Shown here piece after piece: positions 38,072 through 47,350 of a DNA stretch of 64,000 nt. The DNA lies in the NCBI GenBank assembly GCA_937861125.1, contig CALMAY010000037.1:260941-324940 (forward strand), given 5' to 3'. The stretch's first letter is position 1; each line of letters starts with the position of its first letter. A model generated the notes under the pieces. The model did not search any database. It was not told the DNA's origin and worked only from the letters and a program-made list of their open reading frames with translations. A program made the translations under genes and the position numbers. This stretch comes from an uncultured bacterium (GTDB lineage: Bacteria > Patescibacteriota > Patescibacteriia > Magasanikbacterales > UBA922).

Positions 38072-39136
38072 ATGAAAAACACATATCGCGTTGCTCTTGC
38101 GACGCATCCGTTGTGTCTCGCACATGATCCTGGAATTGGTCAACCAGAAAATCCATTTCGATTACAGGCGATACTTCATGCGCTTTCATCATCTGGATAT
38201 ACGTATGAACAGAGTGATGTTGCTCTTGCACTGGATTCGATACAACAAACACATAGTGCTACCTATCTGCGGCGTATAGAAAAAGCACGTGGCAAAAACA
38301 TGGTTTTGGATGCGCTCAAAGAAACCTATACCTCAGCACCGTCAATTGATGCTGCCTATATGGCGGCGAGTATTGGATGTTCAGTAGTGGAACGTGTTCT
38401 CAAAGGTGAGATTGACCGTGGGTTTGCTTTGTTGCGTCCACCTGGACATCATGCTTGTGTACACAAAGCAATGGGGTATTGTATTATCAATAATGTGGCA
38501 GTTGCAATTACACATGCAAAAAAACATGGTGCTAAAAAAATTGCTATCTTGGATTTCGATGTACATCATGGTAATGGAACACAAGATATCATCAATGGTG
38601 ATCCTGCATGTCTGCATATTGATTTTCATCAAAAAGAGTTATTTCCTGAATATGGTGGTAGTATTGAAGATGTGGGGGGAGCACCCGCCAAAGGGCATTT
38701 GGTGAATATTGAATTGCCAGCAGGGTGTGCGGGTACAGAATATGCGCGTCTCATGAAAGAGATTGTGGTACCAACTTTAGAATCATTTCAGCCAGATATT
38801 ATTTTGGTTTCTGCTGGGTACGATGCACATGAATATGATGGTCTGTCTGCGATCCAACTTTCTCATATAGACTACTACAATATGGTTTCTGATGTGTGTC
38901 GAGTTGCACAAACATACTGTAATGGGAGAGTTGTCTGTTTTTTGGAAGGTGGGTATAGCGTTGCAGCTCTACAGTCTTCAGTACTTGCTACCGTTGCGGC
39001 GTTGTGTGGAAAGAAATGTCCGAATATTCCCAAATACCCACCACGTTCATACAAGATTGTTGGGTTTGAAAAAATTATGCAGAAACTTAAAAAACAAAAA
39101 GAGTTGTATTGGGGGAAGAAAAAAAGAGCCAAATAG
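38072..39136 (+). CDS. histone deacetylase-family (acetoin utilisation/acetylpolyamine amidohydrolase-like) enzyme
   Basis: RPPGHHA, DFDVHHGNGTQ and SAGYDAH motifs. Confidence 0.85.
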   Translation: MKNTYRVALATHPLCLAHDPGIGQPENPFRLQAILHALSSSGYTYEQSDVALALDSIQQTHSATYLRRIEKARGKNMVLDALKETYTSAPSIDAAYMAASIGCSVVERVLKGEIDRGFALLRPPGHHACVHKAMGYCIINNVAVAITHAKKHGAKKIAILDFDVHHGNGTQDIINGDPACLHIDFHQKELFPEYGGSIEDVGGAPAKGHLVNIELPAGCAGTEYARLMKEIVVPTLESFQPDIILVSAGYDAHEYDGLSAIQLSHIDYYNMVSDVCRVAQTYCNGRVVCFLEGGYSVAALQSSVLATVAALCGKKCPNIPKYPPRSYKIVGFEKIMQKLKKQKELYWGKKKRAK

Positions 39137-39145
39137 GCTCTTTTT
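39116..39145. terminator. bidirectional terminator hairpin
   Basis: An A-run, then AGAGCC-aaat-GGCTCT, then TTTTT. Lies between the HDAC-like gene (+) and tRNA-Leu (-). Confidence 0.55.
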
Positions 39146-39147
39146 AT

Positions 39148-39231
39148 GTGCCGCGAGAGAGAATCGAACTCTCATGCCCTTGCGGGCGCGGGATTTTGAG
39201 TCCCGTGCGTCTACCAGTTCCACCATCGCGG
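39148..39231 (-). tRNA. tRNA-Leu (anticodon CAA)
   Basis: Hand-folded with acceptor GCCGCGA/TCGCGGC, anticodon arm CGGGA-CTCAAAA-TCCCG, a long variable arm and T-arm AGAGTTCGATTCTCT. No encoded CCA. Confidence 0.9.
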
Positions 39232-39302
39232 CAGTATGTTTGTGGGTACCAGTGTATCTCAAATTGCTCGGATTGTCAATTGGGTGTATAATAGTGGGCA
39301 CT

Positions 39303-40076
39303 ATGTCCAAAATCATTGCTGTAGTAAATCAAAAAGGTGGTGTAGGAAAAACAACCACGACTATGAATCTTGCTGCCTCTTTGGCCGAAACAGGAAAGTT
39401 TGTGCTTCTTGTAGATATGGATCCGCAGGCCAATGCGACGAGTGGGTTTGGAATTGTGCATACTGATCTCCCACATGGTATTTATGAAGCGTTGGCAGGG
39501 CAGAAACGTATCCATGATATTGTCCTCAATACTGCTCATGAGGGGCTTCGGATTGCACCGGCTACGAGAAACCTGGCAGGCGCTGCTGTGGAGTTGGTCT
39601 CCGTCAACCGACGTGAGTTTCAACTCGCTGATTTGCTAGAGGAGATGCGTCATGCGTATGATTATATCATTATTGATTGCCCACCATCGCTTGGATTGCT
39701 CACGATCAATGCGCTTGTGGCTGCGGATGAGATATTGATTCCAGTACAAGCAGAATATTATGCGCTCGAAGGGTTGGGACAATTGATGGAGACTATTGGA
39801 TTGATTCAAAAACATGTCAAACCTGAATTGGGAGTACTTGGTGCAGTTATCACCATGTTTGATGGACGCAACAAACTTTCTACTGATGTAATGAATGAGT
39901 TGTACAAATTTTTCCCAAATACTATTTTCAAAAGTGTGATTCCACGTACTGTTCGTCTTGCTGAGGCACCATCATTTGGTAAATCTATTTTCCACTACGA
40001 GCCGAATGGGAAAGGAGCAAAGGCATATGAACGGCTTGCACGGGAAATTTTAGATATTCACGAAGCTCTTTCTTAA
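39303..40076 (+). CDS. parA: chromosome partitioning ATPase ParA/Soj
   Basis: MSKIIAVVNQKGGVGKTTTTMNLA is the deviant Walker A. The ORF-track extension back to 38892 runs through the tRNA and was trimmed. Confidence 0.9.
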   Translation: MSKIIAVVNQKGGVGKTTTTMNLAASLAETGKFVLLVDMDPQANATSGFGIVHTDLPHGIYEALAGQKRIHDIVLNTAHEGLRIAPATRNLAGAAVELVSVNRREFQLADLLEEMRHAYDYIIIDCPPSLGLLTINALVAADEILIPVQAEYYALEGLGQLMETIGLIQKHVKPELGVLGAVITMFDGRNKLSTDVMNELYKFFPNTIFKSVIPRTVRLAEAPSFGKSIFHYEPNGKGAKAYERLAREILDIHEALS

Positions 40077-40133
40077 ATATATAACTTAGAAAACGTAGTC
40101 AACTCTTCGTTAACTTAGCAAACTCCAATCACT

Positions 40134-40991
40134 ATGGCTCTCGGTAAAGGACTTGGTTCTCTCATTCCAAACGCAAACACTATGCAGGTAAAAAAACCTG
40201 TAGTTGATGTTGGACACAAGACAGAAAAAATCTGGCAGATTCCACTCTCTGAGATTGTGGCAAATACACACCAGCCACGTCAACAATTTTCACATGAACA
40301 GCTTGAAGATCTTGCCGCTTCTATCAAAGAACATGGTGTGATTCAGCCGATTTTGGTCAACGAACGTGAAGATGGAGGGTATGAGTTGATTGCAGGGGAA
40401 CGTCGATTTCGTGCGTCAGGGATTGCTGGACTTGCTACTATTCCTGCGATCGTTCGTACGACCACTGTACAGGAAAAACTAGAAATTGCATTGATTGAAA
40501 ATATTCAGCGTCAGAATCTCAATCCAATTGAGTGTGCGTTTTCGTATCAAAGACTTATGGATGAGTTTGGCCTTACACAAGAAGATGTAGCAAAAAAAGT
40601 AGGCAAAAGCCGGTCTTCTATTGCTAATACGCTTCGTCTTCTTGATCTACCTGATGCGATTCAGCGAGCGTTGATTGATGGAGAGTTGAGTGAAGGAAAG
40701 GCCCGTGCGTTGCTGAGTCTCAAAGATGAAAAAGAGCAATTGTCAGTATTTGCGAGTATGCAAGGCAAGCAGATGTCAGTACGTGATGTAGAGTCAGTTG
40801 TAGAACACAAAGGACCTGCATCTCGTAAAGGATCGGTGCGGCGTGATCCAAATATTATGGCACAAGAACGGATACTCGAGGAACGTCTGGGAAGTAAAGT
40901 GCGCATTGCTCAAAAAGGAGATCATGGAAATATTACTATTGAGTTTCATTCACGAGAAGAATTGAAACATCTTTTTGAAATATTATCTTAA
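40134..40991 (+). CDS. parB: chromosome partitioning protein ParB/Spo0J
   Basis: ParB box GERRFRAS and an HTH region (QEDVAKKVGKSRSSIANTLRLL). Confidence 0.9.
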   Translation: MALGKGLGSLIPNANTMQVKKPVVDVGHKTEKIWQIPLSEIVANTHQPRQQFSHEQLEDLAASIKEHGVIQPILVNEREDGGYELIAGERRFRASGIAGLATIPAIVRTTTVQEKLEIALIENIQRQNLNPIECAFSYQRLMDEFGLTQEDVAKKVGKSRSSIANTLRLLDLPDAIQRALIDGELSEGKARALLSLKDEKEQLSVFASMQGKQMSVRDVESVVEHKGPASRKGSVRRDPNIMAQERILEERLGSKVRIAQKGDHGNITIEFHSREELKHLFEILS

Positions 40992-41044
40992 GGCGGTGGT
41001 GTAAAAAATAAAACATCCTCGAGGAATCGAGAATGTTTTTTGTA

Positions 41045-42535
41045 TTATTTTTTTGTAGGCAGTACTCTCCGTAACCAATCTGCAATAGATGCTTTTTGTG
41101 CTGAGCGAATGCGTGCTTTGGCAGTGTGTGTTTTGACAAAGTTGATCCAATCAGGACTTGGTCCTTTTCTATTTTTATCCAAGATGATTTCGACCACATC
41201 ACCATTTTTGAGTATGGTGTCTACTGATGCCATTTTATCATTTATTTTTGCGCCGCTGCATTTGTCACCAATATCAGTATGGATGTGGTAGGCAAAATCA
41301 ACCGGTGTGGCACCTTCGGGGAGATCGATCACATCACCTTTTGGTGTAAAGACAAAAATACGGGTTTGAAGAAAATCTACTTTTAACTCTTCAAGATCTG
41401 ATAGTTTGTTGAGAATTTCTTTTTGAATCTCTGCAAGTTCTGTCGCCCAGCGAATTGTTTGCTGGACTGATTCGTGTCCGCTAGTATTTTTGTAACTCCA
41501 GTGTGCAGCGATACCATACTGAGATTCTTCTTGCATCTCTACTGTACGAATTTGGAATTCTACTGGTTTACCGTCCTTGCCAAATACGGTTGTGTGAAGA
41601 GAGCGGTATCCGTTTGGTTTTGGTTGAGAGATGTAATCTTTGATACGGCCTGGCATTGGCGTCCAGAGATTATGTATGATGCCGAGTGTTGCATAGCAAT
41701 CAGCTACAGAGTTGAGGATAACACGAATAGCAACAAGATCGTAAACATTTTGAATTTCATTTCCTTTGCGTAGTAGTTTTTTGTAAAAACTATACAAGCG
41801 TTTGTTGCGTCCGTATGTAGTTGCTGCATTGATATTTGCTTTGGCGAGTGCTTCACGAACTTCACTTACAATTTGTTGGTAGTATTGTTCACGTCCAGCA
41901 ATTTGCTCATCACGGAGCGCTTTCATTTTTATATATTCTTTTGGATAGACGTATTTAAACGAGAGATCTTCGAGGTCGCTTTTCATATCATCCATCCCTA
42001 GGCGACTCGCGATAGGGGCAAAGATTTCGAGACTCTCGAGTGCAATACGGTATTGTTTGGGTGGTGGGAGTGCGTCGAGTGTTTGGAGGTTGTGGATACG
42101 GTCAGCAAATTTGATAATCATAACACGGACGTCTTCGGCCATGGCGACAAACATCTTGCGTAAGTTTTCGATATATCGTTCAACTCCACGATATTTGAGT
42201 TTTCCAAGTTTTGTAATACCACCAACTAGTGAGGCAATTTCTGTACCAAAATTTTCTTCAATCTCTTTGAGAGTTACCTGAGTATCTTCTGGTACATCGT
42301 GCAGGAGAGATGCAGTAACAAGTGTCGGATCAATGTGCATGCTGGCGAGAATGTGCGCAACACCAAGTGGATGAATGATATATGGTTCACCGGATTTACG
42401 AAATTGCCCCTCGTGTGCGTTTTTGGCAAAATCATACGCCAGACGTAACAAATCCATGTCAGCATTGGGTGCATACCCTGCAACCATGGTTATGAGCGTT
42501 TCAATTGTCTGTGTTTGAGGAATTGTCTGTTGCAT
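41045..42535 (-). CDS. rel: bifunctional (p)ppGpp synthetase/hydrolase (RelA/SpoT homolog, short form with TGS, no ACT)
   Basis: HD domain (HPLGVAHIL...LLHDVPEDT), synthetase (YDLVAIRVIL, YRSLHTTV) and TGS (IFVFTPKGDVIDLPEGATPVDFAY). ATG at 42535 chosen because the longer ORF overlaps the topA terminator. Confidence 0.88.
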   Translation of the reverse strand: MQQTIPQTQTIETLITMVAGYAPNADMDLLRLAYDFAKNAHEGQFRKSGEPYIIHPLGVAHILASMHIDPTLVTASLLHDVPEDTQVTLKEIEENFGTEIASLVGGITKLGKLKYRGVERYIENLRKMFVAMAEDVRVMIIKFADRIHNLQTLDALPPPKQYRIALESLEIFAPIASRLGMDDMKSDLEDLSFKYVYPKEYIKMKALRDEQIAGREQYYQQIVSEVREALAKANINAATTYGRNKRLYSFYKKLLRKGNEIQNVYDLVAIRVILNSVADCYATLGIIHNLWTPMPGRIKDYISQPKPNGYRSLHTTVFGKDGKPVEFQIRTVEMQEESQYGIAAHWSYKNTSGHESVQQTIRWATELAEIQKEILNKLSDLEELKVDFLQTRIFVFTPKGDVIDLPEGATPVDFAYHIHTDIGDKCSGAKINDKMASVDTILKNGDVVEIILDKNRKGPSPDWINFVKTHTAKARIRSAQKASIADWLRRVLPTKK

Positions 42536-42594
42536 AGGTGTATATACACTATACTCGGTTTTTGTGGGTGTTGGCAAGTGCTTGGTGTGTATAC

Positions 42595-42615
42595 AAAAAC
42601 CCCGCAATGGCGGGG
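42595..42615 (-). terminator. rho-independent terminator of topA
   Basis: The minus strand reads CCCCGC-cattg-GCGGGG followed by TTTTT. Confidence 0.65.
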
Positions 42616-42622
42616 TGTTTGA

Positions 42623-45004
42623 TTATTTCTTTTTCTTCGCTTTTTTTGTACTAGGCTTCTTTTCTTTGTTTGGTTTTGGTGGGGCGATCTTGGTTGTTTT
42701 TTTCTTGCCCCAGCCACGTTTTGGTTTCTTTTTTGCTTCTTCGATGAGTGTAAGACAATCTTCGAGTGTCAGGGTTGTTGGTTCTGTGTCTTTGGGTACT
42801 GTGGCGTTATGTTCACCATCGGTGACATAGATACCATATCGTCCTGATTTTATTTTCACCTCTGTTCCATCAAATGTTTTGATGAGCTCTTTGGCTTTTT
42901 GTTCTTTGATTGCTTTGATAACATTGTTGGCTTCATCGAGTGTGAGGGTATATGGATTTTTTTCTTTTAAATTATAATACGTTGTGTCAATTTTGATGTA
43001 TGGTCCAAAACGTCCTTTGTCTACGATAATATCAAATCCATCGTCTGTTTTTCCTAATGTTCGTGGAAGGGAAAGAAGTTGGAGTGCTTGTTCTAACGTA
43101 ATACTTGTCATTGGGATTGTTTTTGGAATTGATGCAAAACGAGGTTTTTCTTCATCGTCTTTGGTGCCAAGTTGAACAAACGGACCAAAACGTCCAACGC
43201 GGACAGAAATTTCTTTGTTTGTTTTTGGATCTGTACCAAGAATGCGTGCATTGATAATGTCGGTTTTTTTGAGATCTTCTGTTTTTTCGACAATTGTTTC
43301 ATGAAATGGTGTGTAGAATGCATGGATAATTGGCTGCCATTTCGTTTTTCCTTCAGCGATGCTATCAAGATCTTCTTCCATCTGCGCAGTGAATTGGTAG
43401 TCGACAATAGTAGGGAAGTGCTCAACAAGCAAATCTGTTACTGTCATGGCAATTGGTAATGGCGCGAGGCGTTTATCCTCATCGCGTTCAACATATCCAC
43501 GATCTTCAATTGTTGCAATCGTTGGTGCATAGGTACTCGGACGGCCGATACCATATTCTTCCATAATTTTGACCAGCGTTGCGTCATTGTAACGAGCTGG
43601 TGGCTCGGTAGTGTGTTTTTCATGTCTGATCTCAGAGCAGTATAGTGTCTCTTTTTCTGCCAATGTTGGGAGTGCTTCTTCTTTTTGTAATTCTGGATAG
43701 AGAATCAACCAGCCTGGAAATGAAATCATTTGTCCTGTAGCACGAAAAGTATATGTGGATTGTACGGTTGTAGAGATGTCGACAGTTGTTTTGGCAACTT
43801 TTGCTGTCGCCATTTGTGTGGCGAGAGTGCGTTTGTAAATCAATGTGTAGAGTTTGTGTTGTTGTGGATCGAGATATGGTTTGACACTCTCGGGTGTTCT
43901 GTTTGGATCAGTTGGACGGACTGCTTCGTGGGCTTCTTGTGCGCCTTTACTATTGTTTTTGTAACTGTGTGTTTCAAAATACTGCGCACCATACATCTCT
44001 ATAATATGTGCTTTGACTTCTGTCTTAAATTTTTCTGACAAGTTGATTGAATCAGTACGCATGTACGTAATCAAACCGACGTGACCGTCAGAGCCAAGAT
44101 TAATACCTTCGTAGAGCTGCTGAGCTAGGCGCATAGTTTGTTTGGCGCTGTAGCCAAGTTTTTGGTTTGCTTGCTGTTGGAGTGTCGAGGTGGTAAATGG
44201 TGGAGGAGGAAGACGCTTTGCCTCTTTCTTTTCTATTTTTTCAATTACGTACGTTGCATCCGTCAGTGCTGTTACAATATCAGTCGCTCTGTCTTCTGTA
44301 GGAATCGCAAATTTATCCAATTTCTCTTTGTTGATTGCAACAAGTTCGGCAGGAAATAGTGCGTCATTATCTGGATTGTTCTTTGTTCTTTGCTCTTTGT
44401 TCTTTTCAAAAAGTCCTTGAATAGTAAAATAATCTTGAGCCACAAACGCTTCACGTTCACGTTCACGTTCAACGACAAGTCGTACTGCAACTGACTGAAC
44501 ACGTCCGGCAGAGAGTCCGCGAGCTACTTTTTTCCACAGTAATGGTGATAGCTCATATCCGACGAGACGATCCAAAATACGGCGAGCCTGCTGGGCATCG
44601 ACGATCGGCATGGTGATGTGGCGCGGATGAGCGAGTGCTTCGTCAATTGCATGTTTGGTAATTTCATGAAAGACGATGCGTTGTGCTTGTTCTGGTTTGA
44701 TTTTAAAAATTTCAGCCAAGTGCCACGAAATGGCCTCTCCCTCACGATCTTCATCAGTTGCAAAGATAATATTATTGTCGACTGATTTTGCGAGCTTTTT
44801 GAGTTTTTCAACATGAGCGGTTTTGTCCTCTGAGATTTCGTATGTTGGTTCAAATGAGCCATCTTTTGTCTCTACTCCCATTTTTGAACTTGGTAAATCA
44901 CGCACATGACCAAAGGAAGACTCTACAATAAAGGAACTCCCGAGGAAGCGGGAGATTGTTTTGGCTTTGGTGGGTGACTCGACGATAACGAGAGTTTTAC
45001 TCAT
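42623..45004 (-). CDS. topA: DNA topoisomerase I with a lysine-rich C-terminal tail
   Basis: TOPRIM N-terminus MSKTLVIVESPTKAKTI, DEDREGEAI and the active-site region GLITYMRTDS. The tail is KKPKRGWGKKKTTK...KKAKKKK, and the C-terminal domain has no Zn-finger Cys. Confidence 0.93.
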   Translation of the reverse strand: MSKTLVIVESPTKAKTISRFLGSSFIVESSFGHVRDLPSSKMGVETKDGSFEPTYEISEDKTAHVEKLKKLAKSVDNNIIFATDEDREGEAISWHLAEIFKIKPEQAQRIVFHEITKHAIDEALAHPRHITMPIVDAQQARRILDRLVGYELSPLLWKKVARGLSAGRVQSVAVRLVVEREREREAFVAQDYFTIQGLFEKNKEQRTKNNPDNDALFPAELVAINKEKLDKFAIPTEDRATDIVTALTDATYVIEKIEKKEAKRLPPPPFTTSTLQQQANQKLGYSAKQTMRLAQQLYEGINLGSDGHVGLITYMRTDSINLSEKFKTEVKAHIIEMYGAQYFETHSYKNNSKGAQEAHEAVRPTDPNRTPESVKPYLDPQQHKLYTLIYKRTLATQMATAKVAKTTVDISTTVQSTYTFRATGQMISFPGWLILYPELQKEEALPTLAEKETLYCSEIRHEKHTTEPPARYNDATLVKIMEEYGIGRPSTYAPTIATIEDRGYVERDEDKRLAPLPIAMTVTDLLVEHFPTIVDYQFTAQMEEDLDSIAEGKTKWQPIIHAFYTPFHETIVEKTEDLKKTDIINARILGTDPKTNKEISVRVGRFGPFVQLGTKDDEEKPRFASIPKTIPMTSITLEQALQLLSLPRTLGKTDDGFDIIVDKGRFGPYIKIDTTYYNLKEKNPYTLTLDEANNVIKAIKEQKAKELIKTFDGTEVKIKSGRYGIYVTDGEHNATVPKDTEPTTLTLEDCLTLIEEAKKKPKRGWGKKKTTKIAPPKPNKEKKPSTKKAKKKK

Positions 45005-45026
45005 AGTGTGGGGTCAATACGTAGGG

Positions 45027-45055
45027 AGGATAGGGGAAAGTGGAGGTTTTGTCAA
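45027..45055 (-). promoter_or_regulatory. candidate topA promoter
   Basis: Minus strand has TTGACA (45050-45055), a 17-nt spacer, then TATCCT (45027-45032). A second TGATATACT element lies at 45124-45132 on the minus strand. Confidence 0.35.
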
Positions 45056-45284
45056 TGGTGTACTGTTATGACACGAGAGTTGGGCGTAGTTCACCTGAGA
45101 GAAAAATACATCCAGTGACCAGTAGTATATCATGTTTTTTTGTAGACCGCCTGTTTTTCAATGATGTTGTTATCGGCTAAAGAGTATGTTATCTGTGAAT
45201 ATTTGTATGGTTATCCACAGATTTTTTGACAGGTCTTTATAGGTAGATTACGATAAATATATAATTTCTTATTGTAGCTATAAT

Positions 45285-45503
45285 ATGCATATGAGCAAAG
45301 AACGTGGTCCTACATTATCTGTAGGAGAAGTAGTTGATGAAATACGTATGATGATTCAGCAATACAATCAGAGTGGTGCTGGTTTTATGGACCCTCGTAC
45401 ATTGGAAGGAATTATGAAGGAACTTTTGTCAGGGCGTATGAGTCCAAGTGAAGCGTTAGAGCAAGCGCGACGTATTAGTGATGGGAGAGAAGATTACCAT
45501 TAA
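45285..45503 (+). CDS. small hypothetical protein (72 aa)
   Basis: ORF immediately after a TATAAT hexamer (45279-45284). No recognised motif. Confidence 0.35.
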   Translation: MHMSKERGPTLSVGEVVDEIRMMIQQYNQSGAGFMDPRTLEGIMKELLSGRMSPSEALEQARRISDGREDYH

Positions 45504-45524
45504 AAAGAGGCCTTAAGCCTTTTT

Positions 45525-46598
45525 TTAACTCCTCACATACCTCATCCCACCCACGTTCTTTATCACCCCTTTCATCTCCATCAGTGTTAATGTACTCATA
45601 ACTGTCGTTTGTGGAAGCGCAGAAGATTTGATAAGCATATCAATCAACACTGGTTCTCTAGAAAGTAATTTGTAGAGTACCTCTTCATTTGGTAAAAGTG
45701 ATGGTGGTGTGATTGGTGACTCTGTATTTCTTTTGACAATCGAAAGTCTAGTAAAGATATCTTCTGCACTGGTGACGCAAAATGCCCCTGCTTTGATGAG
45801 CTCATTTGGGCCTCGTCCGTGTTCAGTGGTGATTGGGTGGGGGATAGCAAAGACGTCTCGATTGTTGTCGAGGGCGTATTTGGCGGTGATGAGAGATCCG
45901 CTGTCTTCACCTGCTTCAGTGACAAGCACGCCACGTGTCATACCGGCGATGATACGGTTGCGTCTGGGAAATGTATATTTGTTTGGGATAGCTCCAGGTG
46001 GATATTCTGAGAGGATTGCACCACCAGTACTGATGATACGCTCGGCCATGTTGATGTGTTCGCGCGGAGCGATGTGTCGTGTGTTGACACCACCTCCGAG
46101 TACTGCAATAGTATTTCCACCAGCGCGAAGTGTCGTTTCGTGTGCAATACCATCAATACCAAGTGCAAGTCCGCTGACTATAGTGAGTCCTTGTTTTGCA
46201 AGCTCAGAGACAATCATTTCTGTGACTTGTTTGCCGTAGGGACTATATTTACGTGTTCCTACGACAGCGATCATGTTGGTATCTTGCTGTAGTGTCCCGC
46301 GGACAAAGAGGCAGTAGGGTGGATCGTAGACATCCAAAAGTAGTTTTGGATAGCGTGGATCGTCTTGGGTGATGGTTTCGATGTGTTCTTGTGCGAGTAT
46401 GGTTTCCATTTTTTCTTCATTTGTTTTTTCTAACCACGAACGAAATTCTGACTGAAGTTCATCATTCCAACCGAGTGCTTTGTATGTTTGTGTGGGAGCA
46501 TTCCTTATGTCGTTGACTGAAGAACAAACAGAGAGGACGTCTCTAAAGCGTTTATGGGTAATTTTTGGAAAATAGGAGAGGAAGGCTTCAAGACGCAT
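45525..46598 (-). CDS. dprA: DNA processing protein A (Smf)
   Basis: VGTRKYSPYGKQV...VSGLALGIDGIAHETTL...AVLGGGV Rossmann core and a C-terminal winged-helix-like tail. ATG at 46598 (MRLEAF) chosen. Confidence 0.88.
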   Translation of the reverse strand: MRLEAFLSYFPKITHKRFRDVLSVCSSVNDIRNAPTQTYKALGWNDELQSEFRSWLEKTNEEKMETILAQEHIETITQDDPRYPKLLLDVYDPPYCLFVRGTLQQDTNMIAVVGTRKYSPYGKQVTEMIVSELAKQGLTIVSGLALGIDGIAHETTLRAGGNTIAVLGGGVNTRHIAPREHINMAERIISTGGAILSEYPPGAIPNKYTFPRRNRIIAGMTRGVLVTEAGEDSGSLITAKYALDNNRDVFAIPHPITTEHGRGPNELIKAGAFCVTSAEDIFTRLSIVKRNTESPITPPSLLPNEEVLYKLLSREPVLIDMLIKSSALPQTTVMSTLTLMEMKGVIKNVGGMRYVRS

Positions 46599-46618
46599 AT
46601 GTTGGAAAGGGTACAAAT

Positions 46619-46708
46619 AAAAAGGATACAAGATACAAACAAAAACCAAATTACAATCTTAAATCAGCTAAAATTGTATCCTTGGGATTTTTAATTTGTA
46701 TCCTTTTT
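46619..46708. repeat. GGATACAA-family repeats (inverted pair)
   Basis: AAAAAGGATACAAGATACAAAC (46619-46640) faces TTGTATCCTT (46674-46683) and TTGTATCCTTTTT (46696-46708). The last copy encodes the C-terminal residues of pth. Confidence 0.7.
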
Positions 46709-47251
46709 GTTAATCCAGTGCTGTATTTGGTCCACCGCATCCATAATACTTCTCTCTACCGCACCACGTTCAAAAAAGCCAAATTTTCCTAGTACAAAAT
46801 CAACAGTATCTTTCATTTTATCTGGGTTCTTGTGTCCGACACCGACACGGAGGCGGGCAAAGTTTTGGGTGTTTAGATGTGCGATGATGGACTTGTTCCC
46901 ATTGTGTCCAGCTGCACTGCGGTTTACTTGGAGTCGATTGTCACCGAGTAAAATATCTTTTTCATCGTGAACCACGAGAATATCTGCTTCTGTAAGTTTG
47001 TAAAAATCGCAAACGGCACGTACTGACACACCAGAATCATTCATGAATGTTTGTGGTTTGAGGAGAATGATTTTTTCACTGTTGATTGTGCCGCCACTGA
47101 TCATTGCGTTGAATTTTTTGTCCATTGCCCAGTCAGAAATACCTTCTTTTTTCCAAGTAGCGTGAAGTGTATCCAAAATAATGAAGCCAATGTTGTGGCG
47201 TGTTTTTTCGTATTGTTTTCCTGGATTACCTAAACCGACTATGAGTTTCAT
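46691..47251 (-). CDS. pth: peptidyl-tRNA hydrolase
   Basis: MKLIVGLGNPGKQYEKTRHNIGF and AGHNG motifs. Confidence 0.92.
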   Translation of the reverse strand: MKLIVGLGNPGKQYEKTRHNIGFIILDTLHATWKKEGISDWAMDKKFNAMISGGTINSEKIILLKPQTFMNDSGVSVRAVCDFYKLTEADILVVHDEKDILLGDNRLQVNRSAAGHNGNKSIIAHLNTQNFARLRVGVGHKNPDKMKDTVDFVLGKFGFFERGAVERSIMDAVDQIQHWINKKDTN

Positions 47252-47297
47252 ATGGAGTTGTCTAATGGTCAGTAGTATACAAAGTTTTTGTAGAAAT

Positions 47298-47331
47298 TAA
47301 AAGGACACAAGTTTGTATCCTTATGTCCTTT
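47298..47331. repeat. GGAYACAA-family imperfect palindrome
   Basis: AAAAGGACACAAG-tttgtatc-CTTATGTCCTTTT between der (stop) and pth (start). Could also act as a weak terminator on the minus strand. Confidence 0.6.
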
Positions 47332-47350
47332 TCATTTTTAATTTTCTTAC

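Noticed and set aside
38892-39302. A 137-codon N-terminal extension of the parA ORF.
   Set aside because: The extension overlaps the HDAC-like gene's 3' end and reads straight through tRNA-Leu(CAA) on the opposite strand. The canonical ParA N-terminus MSKIIAVVNQKGGVGKT starts at 39303.
45210-45218. A perfect DnaA box (TTATCCACA) in the topA upstream intergenic region, with parAB only 4 kb away. This raised the possibility of oriC.
   Set aside because: There is only one perfect box plus one weak 7-of-9 match nearby, no box cluster, no AT-rich unwinding element that I can define, and no dnaA or dnaN in the window. Other exact matches (about 32309 inside a CDS, 58981-58989 inside a terminator loop) show the 9-mer occurs by chance here.
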